A DNA stretch of 63,950 nucleotides, the filler included, from Reclinomonas americana ATCC 50394 (Eukaryota), in assembly GCA_048213135.1 (NCBI GenBank). It is 9 parts of 6 records of this genome, joined end to end, with 100 filler letters (N's around TTAATTAATTAA, not from the genome) between each part and the next. Parts side by side here need not be neighbours in the genome. Positions count along the whole stretch, not along the records: positions 38,791 to 57,591 come from PS015926.1; positions 57,692 to 62,788 come from PS015926.1; positions 62,889 to 63,950 come from PS015927.1; 6 more parts are not named here. One strand, given 5' to 3'. Positions 51,351 through 63,302 of the stretch are shown here, piece by piece (within the stretch, counting starts at the first letter, position 1; each line of letters begins with the position of its first letter). The position numbers and the translations under genes are program-made. The notes under the pieces were generated by a model. It saw only the letters and a program-made list of their open reading frames with translations, had not been told where the DNA came from and did not search any database.

Positions 51351-53644
51351 ATGCTGAGTGAGATCCGCGCGCGAGAATGTTGAGTGGGATGGATGAGATC
51401 TCTCTGTATGATGTGTGTGTGTGCGTGCGTGCGTTCTCTCATCAACCAGTGACAAGCAGGCTCTCTCGATCCTCTCCGACGACGTCCCTTTGCCTTCTCT
51501 CGCCGCATGCGACAGCAGAATGTGTTGGCAGCGCGACTGCGTGTGGACTATAGAATGTGCGACACTCTCACACACTCACACACAAGATCATCGGAAGATC
51601 CAATCTGAACTGGTGATTCTCTCTCTCTCTTGTCCCTCTCTCTCTTCTCTTCACCAGTCCAATGCACGAAGGATGCATCAACACTCTGTGCTACAACGAT
51701 CGAGGCACGCAGCTATTGTCAGGTGGTGATGACACGCAGCTGGCGGTGTTTGATCTGGAGACTCTGTCGCCAGTGGCCAAGTGGGAAACGCTGCATGTCA
51801 GCAACATCTTCTGGTCTGCTTGTGTCACTCTTCGTGTTCTTTTGTGCTTGGATATGGGCGTGGCAAGCTGACTGCTTGTGGCGGGCGAGCAGTGCACGGT
51901 TCGTGCCGTCGACCAACGACACGGTGGTGATCAGTTGCTCGAGGGAAGGCCGCGTGGTGCAGTCGACACTGCGACCGGATGGTGGGTGCGAGACGGGCGA
52001 GTTGTATAGGCATGATGGCGAGGCGAAGAGGATTCTGGTGGATATGGAGTCACCGCCAGTGTTCTACTCGTGCGGCGAGGATGGCGCCATTCATCGGTAC
52101 GATTTGAGGGATCGGTCGCACCAGCCGCGGGTCGTCGTGTCGGGCATGTTGCGTTCTGCTGTGTTGCGCCGTCCCTCCTCCCTGCTCGCCCTTATTCACG
52201 CCGGCGTGCAGGGAGCTGTACACGTTTGCGATGAACCCGGTAAAGTCGTGGGATATTGCGGCGGCGGGCAGCGATCAGTCTGTTCGCGTGTACGACATGC
52301 GGTTTCCGACGCAAGTGCGACCGCCATTGGTGCGTTGTGTGGGCACAGAGAGCGAGGGAGAGTGCAACTGCTGTTCTTATTGAGTGTTGCGCGACAGGCG
52401 CCACACACGGTGCCGAGTGCCATGTACTGCGCGCTCTCCAACTTCCGCTCGCACATCACCGGCGTGCGATACTCCGAGGACGGCAGCAAGTTGGTGGCGA
52501 CTTATAGCGGTGAGCTGAATTGAGCACCCATCGTTTGGCCACTTCTGCGTCTCACTATCGCGCGCGTACAGGAGACCATATCTACACATTCGACACGGCG
52601 GAACACTTGCAAGAGCATCCGTCAAGGTGTGTGTGGATCTTTCGTGTGAACTGTGCGGGATTGTGATGCTCACTGTGCTTGACGTGCAGACAAGAAGGAG
52701 GTATCACACACACTCGCCTCTATATAGTATCGGTGGTGAGAGCAGGTTGCTGATTATTGACGCACGCAGCCAACATGGCACGAATCACCGGCAAGTACGA
52801 GAGCAAGTTTGTGGGTCACCGGAACGGCATGACTTTCAAAGAGGTCTTCTTCTACGGAGCACGCTCACAGGTGAATGCAACTTGATAGCCGCAGCACGAT
52901 GGCCCTCCCGCTCACTTTTGTTTTCGCAGTTTGTGTGCAGCGGGTCCGACAATGGTCGCATGTTCATCTGGGATCGGCACACCACGCAACTGCTGAACGC
53001 CATCAGCGCCGACTCGTCAGTCGTCAACTGCGTGGACATGAATCCCATACGCTTTGAGTTTGCATGCAGCGGCATCGACGCCTCAATCAAGGTGAGCACA
53101 CGTGCGCCTGTGCGCGCGACCGTGCTCGCCTGTTGCAGCTCACTCGGCGCAGGTGCTAAGTCCACTGCGAGAGGAGCCCGTCACCAGCGCCGACCTGCCC
53201 GCCATCATCAGCGACCGCAACGCCACCCGCCAACTCGGCCGCCGCGAACGCCGTGATCGTGCCGTCGTCTCCACGCTGGACGACGTCCGACCCGATTTCA
53301 TGCACGATCTGTACGAAGGAAAACCAGTCGGCGCCAGCAGTCAACAGCAGCACGCAGCAGCAGAAGATGACGACGACGATGACGACGACGACAATGGTGG
53401 ATTCACTAGCGGCTTCACGCAGGTCATGTCCATTGATGCGCTGCTTCGCTTGCTGATCCAGAGACAAGTCCGGCTCGGTGACCTCGGGATCGTTCAAGAC
53501 GACGATGACGACGATGATGACGATGACGATGACGATGACGATGATGATGATGACGAGCCAAGAGCTAGCCTGCACCGATTCGGCTTTCACATTGCCGACA
53601 CTGACGATGAAGACGACGACGATGACGACGAAGACGATCAATGA
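51351..53644 (+). CDS. DCAF8/DCAF6-like WD40 protein (DDB1-CUL4 associated factor)
   Basis: HEGCINTL...LLSGGDD, HVSNIF, YSCGEDG, VATYSG, GHRNGMTFKEV, SGSDNGRMFIWD, ADSSVVNCV, CSGIDASIK; acidic tail. Confidence 0.82.
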
Positions 53645-53684
53645 ACGCACGAATCAACGAATCTCCATCCTTTATTGATCGCGA

Positions 53685-56600
53685 ATGCAACGCACTGTTG
53701 CTCTCCTCATTGGTGTCGCAGTCGCCCTGGTGTGTGTGCTGGCAGTCGCACAGGCCTACACAGGTGGAGTGGGTGGCTACACAGGCAGTAATTTCCCCGA
53801 TGATGCCAAGCGCAAGGCGCAGGCCATGCTTGCACGCATGTCTCTCGATGATAAGATGAAGATGGTGGCGGGCACTGCCAGTGGGTAAGTGTGTGTGGGA
53901 GAGAGAAAGAAGGAGACATGCGCGTGCATGCATGTGCGTGCATTGATGATTGATTGCATATCGGGGTCATTGTGTTCTGCAGCTATGTGGGCAGCACTGC
54001 AGCGAACCCGGCACTGGGCATTCCACCACTGCACATGGAGGATGGTCCGCAGGGTGTGGCCGATGGTGCGTTGAAGCACTCTTGTGTCTGTCACGAAAGA
54101 CAGTCTGCATACTTATGACTTTGACAAGGTGTCAGCTTGGTGACTGCGTGGCCGTCGGCATTGACCGTGGTGGCCACGTGGGACCGCTCGTTGAACTACC
54201 AGTACGGTGCTGCGCAGGCGCAGGAGCAGGTGCGTTCCGGTTTACCAGCATTTGACATGCATTGTCGCGTGCAAATATAGTAACCCGGCGCGATGATTAT
54301 TATTGTGCAGCTGATCAAGGGCACCAATGTCATGCTGGGTCCGATGGTCAACCTGGCTCGCGTGCCGACTGGTGGTCGTAACTTTGAGTCGTACGGTGAG
54401 GATCCGTACCTGGCCGCGGGCATGGTGTTCCACGCTGTGCGCGGCATGCAGAGCCCCGGTGGCATTGTGGCGTGCATCAAGCACGTGGTCGATAACAACC
54501 AGGAGTTTGAGCGTGACTCGGTGTCCGAGGTGGTTCCGATCCGTGCGCAGGTGATACTTTATTATCGTTTGCCGACAGCCGTGAAACGATGCTGAACTAT
54601 TTTCTGTCTTGCTTGCAGTTTGAGCTGTACTGGCCGGCTTTCTCGTCGGCCGTGGATGCCGGTGTCGGCTCGGCCATGTGCAGGTTTGTTGGTGGTTGTC
54701 ACGCCTGTTCCTCTTCCTCTCCTTCGTGTGCTCACTGTCGCTGCTGTCACGTCTGCTGCGCAGCTACAATCGCATCAATGGGTCTGTGTGTATGGAGTCA
54801 GACAATTTCCTGGGAGAGCGTCGCTGACCATGTGTCCCTCTGCAGCACGTACGCTTGCGAGAACCCAGTGACTCTCAACCAGCACATCAAGGGCATTCTC
54901 GGCTTCGACGGCTGGATGATGTCGGACTGGGGTGCGACGCATTCGACTGAAAAGTTGCGCAAGCGGCAAAGAGCACATTCGCGTGCGCGCACGAACTCAC
55001 TATTGCGCGTGTACACAGCGCGGCCAATGCCGGACTGGACCAGCAGATGCCCGACTGTGCGTCGATTTTGCTTCACCCTTCCTTCCATTGTCGATGCATT
55101 CTCACTGTTAATGATCACACAGCCTCGTACTTTGGCTCGAAGCTGCGCGACGCGGTGGTTGCTGGCCGAGTTGCGCCCAACGTGATACCTGCACTCACCC
55201 CCATTTCGCTCACCGAGCGGTGCCACTCCCCACTAGGTTCCCATGTCGCGCCTGGACGACATGATCATGCGCATGCTGGTGCCGATGTACGCCTTTGGCC
55301 TGTTCGACAAGCAGCCGACTGGCAATCTGGCGGCGAATGCCACCAGCGCCGAGCACAACAAACTGGCGCGCACGCTGGCCGAGCAGTCGACCATCCTGCT
55401 GAAGAACAGCCGCAACCTGCTGCCGATCAACCCGACCGGCATCAAGAGCATCGCTGTCATTGGCGACGAGTTCACCGTCGTCGGCGGTGGCAGTGGCGAG
55501 GTCGTGCTGCCGTACGTGTCGACCATTTCTGGCGCCCTCAATGTGCGTCATTCGCGTGATGCGTGGCGGGTGTGCATGCAAGAGAAGCTCACCTTGCGTG
55601 ATAAACACAGGAGCGCTTCAACCCTGGCTCCAAGCGCCCCGTCAACTGCACGTTTGAGACCGATGTCGATTACTATCAGGTCTGTGTGTCTTGCGTGGAT
55701 GAGTCCATGGCTGAGCAATTCACATCTGTGCATTCGCAGCCCTACAACCCCAGCGCATCTGCGTCGTCCGCCGAAGACTGCTGCGCCCGATGCACGGCCA
55801 TGAGCGGCGTTTCGTTGCATCACATGCCACTGTTAGTGATCTTTCGCGCTCTGACTTGCAACGTGGCCTTTGTGCGCAGTGCAACTTCTGGACCTTCCTC
55901 GCCGGCAACCCCGGCACGTGCTGGTTCAAGTCCTCGAACCAGGGACGCACCTACCACAAGGGCCTTGTGTACGTCTTTTCGATCCTCCTCCTCCCATTCT
56001 CTCCCTCACTCTCACATTCCCTTTTCTTTTCTCTAAACAGCTCGGGCAGCTGCGCTCCGTTCCCCCCAGGCAACGTCAAGATCATCTACAACTCGGGCGT
56101 GAACCCGCTGGAAGCCGCGCAGATTGCCAAGGATGCAGACTTTGCCATTGTGTCGGTGGCGGTGTCGTCGAGCGAGGGCAGCGATCGCCAGTCGCTGGCC
56201 CTCGGCGGCAACCAGGACACGCTGGTGCAGACGGTGACGCTGGCGCAGTCGAACACGGTGGTCGTCGTGCGCAGCCCCGGCGCAGTGCTCCTGCCGTGGG
56301 CCCCCTCGGTCAGCACCATCCTCGCGCAGCTGATGCCGGGTCAGGAGGCCGGTAACGCCCTCACCAACGTCATCTTTGGCGAGGTGAACCCGTCGGGCCG
56401 CCTGCCACTCTCGTTCCCCATGTCGGCGGACGACATTTGGCTCCGCTCGCCGTCGCAGTATCCGGGCATCAAGAACTCGGGCGACCCGTTCCGCGTGGCC
56501 ACCTACTCCGAGGAGCTGCTGGTGGGCTACCGCTGGTTCGATGCCAAGGTGAGTGTTGTTATTTTCGAGGCGATGCAGCGGCATGTATGCTCACTGTGGT

Positions 56601-57121
56601 TGTCGCGCAGAACATTGATCCGCTCTTCCCGTTCGGTCACGGCTTGTCGTACACCAGCTTCGCGTACCAGTCGGTGCAGGTGTCGAACGCAATCACTGCC
56701 ACCAGGAACGCCACGGTGACCGTCACCGTGCAGAACTCCGGATCGCGTGCCGGTGCCGAAGTCGTTCAGGTACCAGCACATAGTCAACTTGGTTTGCATG
56801 TCTTCGTTCCACTTATGCATTGTTGCGCAGCTGTACCTGGGCTTCCCCGACGCCGCCGACGAGCCGCCAAAGGTGCTGCGCGGCTTCGAGAAGATCATGC
56901 TGGCGCCGGGCCAGTTCATCCCCGTGAACTTTGAGCTGAACGCCTCCGACGTCTCCATCTGGGATGTCACCAAGAACAAGTACGTGCAGTACCCGGGCAC
57001 CTACGACGTGCTCGTCGGCTCCTCGTCCCGCGACATTCGCCTCAAGACGCAGCTGGTCTCCACCACCACCTCCAGTACCGACGTCGACGGCGACTTGTTG
57101 GACAACAATGCCGAGTTTTGA
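53685..57121 (+). CDS. Secreted GH3 beta-glucosidase-like enzyme with inserted PAN/apple-like domain and C-terminal Fn3-like domain
   Basis: Signal peptide; DGPQGV, GGRNFESYGEDP, CIKH, MCSYN, nucleophile MSDWG, GLDQQMP, PSGRLP, YSEELLVGYRW, FPFGHGLSYT, EVVQLY. Confidence 0.93.
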
Positions 57122-57184
57122 GCGTCTCGGAGGACGCGACTCCGACATTCGTGTTGTGTTGCTTGAGAGAAGAGAGAATACACA

Positions 57185-57478
57185 ATGTCGGCGGCTGCAG
57201 ATGCTGATGCTCCCGAGTTCATTGTAGAGTACTGGTACGCACTGCTGCTGTGCACGCGCGTGCTCATACACACACACAGAAAACACTCACTCTCTTTCCT
57301 GTGTCACAGTCGAAACTGAGACGGAGGTTGATCACCACTCTCTCTCTCTCACACACACTCGCTGTCTCTCACTCTCCTCACAGGTGCTCAGGAGCGTGAT
57401 GCTGCTTCTGAGGCTATTCGCAGGGCGTGTCCAGGCGCCAAAATCGTCCCCATTCGCAAAGACGACTATCCCGTCGTG
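57185..57478 (+). CDS. Candidate Rdx-family (SelW/SelT/SelH-like) selenoprotein, 5' part; remainder in gap
   Basis: Exons 57185-57234, 57310-57326, 57384-57478 splice to MSAAADADAPEFIVEYC-R-N-(TGA)-DGGAQERDAASEAIRRACPGAKIVPIRKDDYPVV. Confidence 0.65.
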
Positions 57479-57483
57479 GTATG

Positions 57484-57484
<1 letters not shown>

Positions 57485-57582
<98 letters not shown>

Positions 57583-57591
57583 CTCTCTCTC
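57485..57591. repeat. (CA)n/(CT)n microsatellite, intronic
   Basis: About 47 CA units then CT units ending at a contig break. Confidence 0.95.
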
Positions 57592-57691
57592 NNNNNNNNN
57601 NNNNNNNNNNNNNNNNNNNNNNNNNNNNNNNNNNNTTAATTAATTAANNNNNNNNNNNNNNNNNNNNNNNNNNNNNNNNNNNNNNNNNNNN

Positions 57692-58889
57692 AACTTGGTC
57701 TTTGCCTTCGCCACAGGCACCTCATTGTCGCTGCTCTCTTCCTCTTCTTCCTCCTCGTCATCGTCCTCTTCCTCCTCTTCTTCGTCACTCTTGCTGGCCG
57801 CTCCAGCATCTCGGCTCGACACCGGCGCAAGCGATTGCTGCAGCTCACCATGTGCCAGCTCCTGCAAACGGTCAACAGTGAGCCACACACATCCACCGGA
57901 AAAATCAACAAGACGTTCGCACCTCGCTCAGCATCGTGTCCTCAACACTCTGCTGCGTCGCTCGCTTCAACGCCTCACGCATGGCCTCCTCGCGCTTCCG
58001 TGTGGTCCACGAGTCCTCATCGGGTCGCCGCTTGAACAACGAAATGTACTTCCACTCCAACGGGTAATGCTGCGCACAGACAGACGGACAGACAGTCAGT
58101 GAGACAGCGCAGACACCGACAATCCGCCAGCACGCCACGAAACTCGAATGTACAACAGATACGAGTGCCACTTGTCGAGATCATCCTGCACCTTGGTTCG
58201 CTCCTCCTGCGCCGCCGGATCAGTCGCCCCATCCAGCGCCTTCAGTGCCTTCATGCAGTGCTCGATCTTGCGCACGACTTTCCGCCTGTGTGTCGCACCA
58301 TAAGCCTCGGGTGACAGCTGAAAGACTGCGCCTGGCACGTACCTCTCAAAGAACTTGACTTGCTTGTACCGCTCTCGGTTCTCCACTGCACGATGCACAC
58401 GTCGTTTCTTCACGTCCTTGGCCTCCAGCACCTTCAGCTCCGCCAACTTGGTCTCACGAACCGCATCCGGCAGCGTCTGCTCACTCGCAGTCAGTGTGTG
58501 TGTGTGTGTGCGTGTGTGTGTGCAAGAGTGTTCTTGTGACTGACTCCCACTCATAGTGAGCAACGCAACGAGCTTCAACAGGCGCTTCAGTGATCGAATG
58601 CGTGTGCGCACACTGCGATACTTGGATGACTCGCCCTCCTCTTGCTGCTGCTGCTTTTGCTTGTGCTTCTTCCTGCGCACGGCCTCATTGCGATCATAGA
58701 CAAAAGGCTGAGGGCCATCGGCCTTCTTCTTCTGCGGCTGCTGCTGCTTGCAGAGAGAGTGAGGACATGTGCAGATTCACACACACACGCACGCACTCAC
58801 ACGCGCGCGCGCGCTCACGAAACTTTCTTGCCGCCTGCAGTGCGCTGCTTAAAGGCAGTTGCGCGACGCTCGCGGTTGGTGTGTGGCAT
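57692..58889 (-). CDS. EFG1: rRNA-processing protein Efg1 (3' end in gap)
   Basis: RIRSLKRLLK, RYKQVKFFERRKVVRKI, YI-HYPLEWKYISLF, acidic tail. Confidence 0.85.
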
Positions 58890-58966
58890 GGCGACGCTCT
58901 CCCTCGCACGCTGACACAGCCACAAGACGCACACAAGCGAGCCACTGTCTCTGTCTCTGTCACACA
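58890..58966. promoter_or_regulatory. Probable bidirectional promoter between EFG1 and PRO2
   Basis: Only 77 bp between the divergent inferred ATGs. Confidence 0.45.
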
Positions 58967-60949
58967 ATGTCTGGCGCGCAGGCTGCTGCTCAGGCGGCAC
59001 GTCGTGCGTTTCTGCAGTTGTGCGGGTCTACAGCTGCACAACGCGATCAGGTGCACGCGTTCACCCTTTCCCGTTCGTCTTCACTCGGTCTCTCTCTCAC
59101 TGTTTTGTAAGCAGGCATTGCGCGAGGTGGCGCGCTTGTTGGCCAGCGACACTGAAGATCGAGTGGCAGTGGAGCGCGCCAATGCAGAGGATATGCGGGT
59201 TGGGCAGGTCGAGGTCGATGCAGGTTGGGAGACTGTTGATTGATTGCAAGGATGATGATGATTCGTTGCTGATGGATCGATCGTTAAAGGGCGTCTTGCG
59301 GCCTCGTCGTACAAACGGTTGGACTTGTCGAGCAAGTGGGATACAGTGTTGGCCGGGCTTGAGCAGGTGGCATCGCTGCCGGACCCAGTTTCGTTGCTCT
59401 TTTGTTGCAGCAGCAGCACTTTGCGTGTGTGCCGACTTGTCTGCGCAGTTGATTCGCGTGTCGATGGCTCGTGAGTTGGCGCCTGGTCTTGACCTGTATC
59501 GCGTGGCGTGCCCGATTGGTGTGGTGTGTGTCATCTTTGAGGCGCGGCCGGATGCTGCCGTGCAGATTGCGTCGTTGTGCTTGAAGACGTCGAATGCGGT
59601 GATCTTGAAAGGGTGTGCTGGCGCGCGTCGCTCTCTTTTTGTTTCTCTGTCGATGGTCTCACTGACAGTCGCGCCAGGGGCAAGGAGGCTGTGCGCACCA
59701 ACACTGCACTGGTGGAGACCATCCGCCGGGCACTGGCCATCGTCGGACTGCCACAAGACGCTGTGCAACTGGTGTCCACTCGCGAGGTGCGTGCATCTGG
59801 GGGGGAAGTGGTTGTTGGCGCACATTGTTGTTTAAGGCGCTGTGCGCTGCAGGATGTCAACGAACTGCTCAAGATGAACCAGTACGTCGACTTGATCGTG
59901 CCGCGTGGTTCCAACGCTCTCGTGCGATTCTGCCAGGAGAACAGCACCATTCCGGTGCTCGGTCATGCCGACGGCATCTGCAGTGGTGTGTGTGTGCCTG
60001 TTGCTGCGCGTGCGCATGCATGCATGCACTCTTCTCATCGAGTGATCATGCACAGTGTATGTGGATGCATCGGCCGACGTGGAAAAGGCCGCAGCGATCG
60101 CCGCCGACTCCAAGGCGCAGAATGTGTCCGTTTGCAATGCGATGGAGACCCTGCTGCTGCACCGAGACACTCTCGCGCGCGTGTGGCCGGCGGTGGCACA
60201 GGCACTCGTCGCCAAGGTCACATTTTCGTCTCGCACCACCAGTGGCATACTCCCCTCACGCCTCTCTCTCTCTGTCTCTCTCTCCCCTCGCTGCAGAAGG
60301 TGCGCATGAAGATCGATGAGCGCGCACGCGAAGCGCTGCTGGAGGCCGGACTGGAGGATCTGGTGGGCTCGCACACGGAGCCAGTCGTGGCAGCCGACTA
60401 CAGCACCGAATTCCTCGACTACGTGTGTGCCGTCCGCACAGTGGACTCACTGGAGGAGGCCGAGGAGCACATCAACACACACGGGTCGAAGCACACCGAT
60501 GTGATTGTCACCGAGGACGCCGGAAATGGTGCGTAATGCGCGACTCGCTTCCGCTGAATCTCCCTCCCTCACACGCATGCACGTGCGGTGGTCAGCGGAG
60601 CACTTTTTCCGCATGGTCGACAGCGCAGGCACGTACTGGAATGCCTCCAGCCGTTTCGCCGACGGTTTCCGCTACGGTTTCGGTGCCGAGGCGAGTACGA
60701 ATCGCCTCCACCACCACCACCACACCCACTCTACTCTTTCTCACCCTCGTTCCACAGGTCGGCGTATCGACCAACAAGACACACGCGCGCGGTCCGGTCG
60801 GCGTCGAAGGTCTGGTCACCTACAAGTACCGCCTGTACGGACACGGTCAGGTGGTGACCGACTTTGTCGACGGGCACCAGTCGTTCACACATCGCGAGCT
60901 GGATGACACTGATCTTGCTGCATTGGCCGCCGATCGAGGAGACAAATGA
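58967..60949 (+). CDS. PRO2: Gamma-glutamyl phosphate reductase (stand-alone ProA/Pro2)
   Basis: [87 protein letters not shown]. Confidence 0.95.
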
Positions 60950-61099
60950 AAAGAAGGGCAGAGAGGTGACACGAGTCGATATGACGGGCCCGGCAATTGC
61001 ATGACTCACACCGGTCCTGCAAAACTCACATCATCACCTCTCGAGTGGAGCGGTCGTTAGTCGCTCGTCTTATCTATCTGAGTGAGCGTGTGTGTGTGA

Positions 61100-62788
61100 A
61101 TGGAGCTCAACGAGTCCAACGTGTTGGCTCTGCAAGCCAAACTGCGTACCGATGTGCAGGTACCCTGTGTGTGTGTGTGCTCACAATGCGGCCCGCTGCC
61201 TCAGAAACGCTCACACATTGTGCGTGTCTGTGTGTGTGCGTGCGTACTCGATCGCTTAACAGGAGATTGAGCAGTGGATGCGCGTCGAGAGCGCCAAGGT
61301 GACAAAGGGAGAGAGAGTAACGCCGAGCGAAATGGCCACTCTTTACTCACACACACTCGCACACGCGCAGAACCCTGCCTCGGAGGTCGTGGAAGAGATC
61401 CGCGCAACGTGCGAGGTGCGTCGCGCTGTGCGTTCCTCTTGTCTTGCTGTGTCACTCACAACTGTGCGCGCAGAATTCACGTGAGTTGCTGAATGAGGTC
61501 GACCGAGCCATTATCAAGTTGCGTCCGCCTTCCTTCTTCCTTTCTCTCTGTGCGCGTGCTCACTGGTGTGATAGGTTCCGCGAGTCGAGGACGTTGGGCA
61601 TGCCGCTTGACAATGTGTCACTGGGCCTGTTTGAACAACTGGGCTTTCAAATTCCGGGTTTGTCTCTCTCTCTCCACTTTGCGTGCGACGATGATGTCGT
61701 ATGCAGCGACTTACAGTGTGCGTACGGTTGCCACCGACTCCACTGCAGAGAGCTCACCGTTCAGGCATGCGGCGTTCCGGTTGAGCTCGTCGCCGCAGGG
61801 TTCGTCGTTCCTCGCCAGCACCGCGCACGATCGTTGCGTGGACTCGCTCGCTCGCCCGCCGTGATGAGGGTGTCTGTTCACTCACGTTTGCGCGCACAAC
61901 AGGAGGGTTGCCGACGCATTCTGTGCTGCACGAGTCGTCGGCATTCAAGCCATTCGCGTCGCCGGATCGCGCCTCGTCGGAGCGGGCCGCGTCTGCCTTT
62001 AGCATCACGCACGACTCGCACTCGTTGTCACACGGTCTTTCTCCACCCTCTTCCACTGCGTCATCGGCATATGCGTCGTCGACGTTGCTCACGGGCGGAA
62101 GTGGTGCAGCTGGTGGTGGATTCGGTAGTGGATCGGGCACGGCGGGAATCTCCACGGCCTTCTCCACCGCAACTCACGACCGGTCACCTCTGTCGACGAC
62201 CACGCACAGCAAGTCGGCGCTGGCCACGGCCGTGCTCGATCGATCGCTGGGCCCGCTGCCGTACTCGGCCACAGTCGGCGGCAGCAGTTCCCTCGATCGC
62301 TCCCCCGTGTTGTCGTCGACCGCGTCCGCCGCCGTGCCGCCGATCACGGGCGGCATTGGTCACAGCGCCGTCGGTGGTGGTGGCTTTAGCAGCACCAGTC
62401 CGCGTCAGTCTTTCGGTGGGTCGTCGTGAACGCCCCCGCAACCACCCCTCTGTTGTTGCTGACGGCATCGACATGCTGCTCTCTCACTCCCGCAGGAAGT
62501 TCAGCGTCGTATTCGCCCCGCGATTCCTCACGAAACAGCAAATCGTTTGTTCCGAGCCCTCGTTCACACGGGTGCGTCGTTGTGTTTTCGTTGTAGTTGA
62601 CAGTCGATTCCCTCTCCCCACTCACACATCTCGCTGCCGCAGGTCACCATCACAAGCGAATCTCATCCTCGATTTGCAAGACAAGTTTGCGGCGAGTGAG
62701 CGTCGCGTGTTGGAATTGCAGCACGATAATGGCGTCGCTCGAGAGGAGGCCCGCTCGGCGGTAGCGCGCGTGAAGCCATTGGAGAAGC
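61100..62788 (+). CDS. Hypothetical protein (helical N-terminus, Ser/Gly-rich middle, coiled coil; 3' end in gap)
   Basis: In-frame short exons MELNESNVLALQAKLRTDVQ|EIEQWMRVESAK|NPASEV...; final exon QANLILDLQDKFAASERRVLELQ. Confidence 0.6.
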
Positions 62789-62888
62789 NNNNNNNNNNNN
62801 NNNNNNNNNNNNNNNNNNNNNNNNNNNNNNNNTTAATTAATTAANNNNNNNNNNNNNNNNNNNNNNNNNNNNNNNNNNNNNNNNNNNN

Positions 62889-63234
62889 AGTGTGTGTGAG
62901 AGTGAGTGTGTGTGTGTGTGTATGTGTGCGAGAGAGACAGGCACCTTGCAGTTGCGAGGCCAGCTGTGAGTGGAGGATTGCAGAGAGATCGGCGAGTGTG
63001 GCGTTGGGTGTGGGTGCGAGGAACACAGAGATCTCCAGGCAGTATCTGGGTGGTGGAGGTGAGCATGTGTAGGGGCACAGACAGAGTGTGTGTGTGTGAG
63101 AGAGAGAGTGACCTCTTGTCGGCACGGAGCTGCAGGTTGAGGATGCGATTGCCTCGTGCGCTCTTCTGTGACCAGCCGGCGGGCACTTGGCATGTGACGC
63201 CGAATGAGTTCTCGTCCCACTCGTACCCCGACAT
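62889..63234 (-). CDS. Small protein, possibly PsbP/Mog1/DcrB-like fold (3' end in gap)
   Basis: MSGYEWDENSFGVTCQVPAGW resembles the N-terminal F-x-x-x-V-P-x-G-W strand of that fold; followed by GT-AG introns. Confidence 0.4.
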
Positions 63235-63302
63235 GACTGACACGCAGAGACAGACAACCGCGCTTGTGACAACGAATGTCTATGATCGATGGGACTTGCG
63301 TG

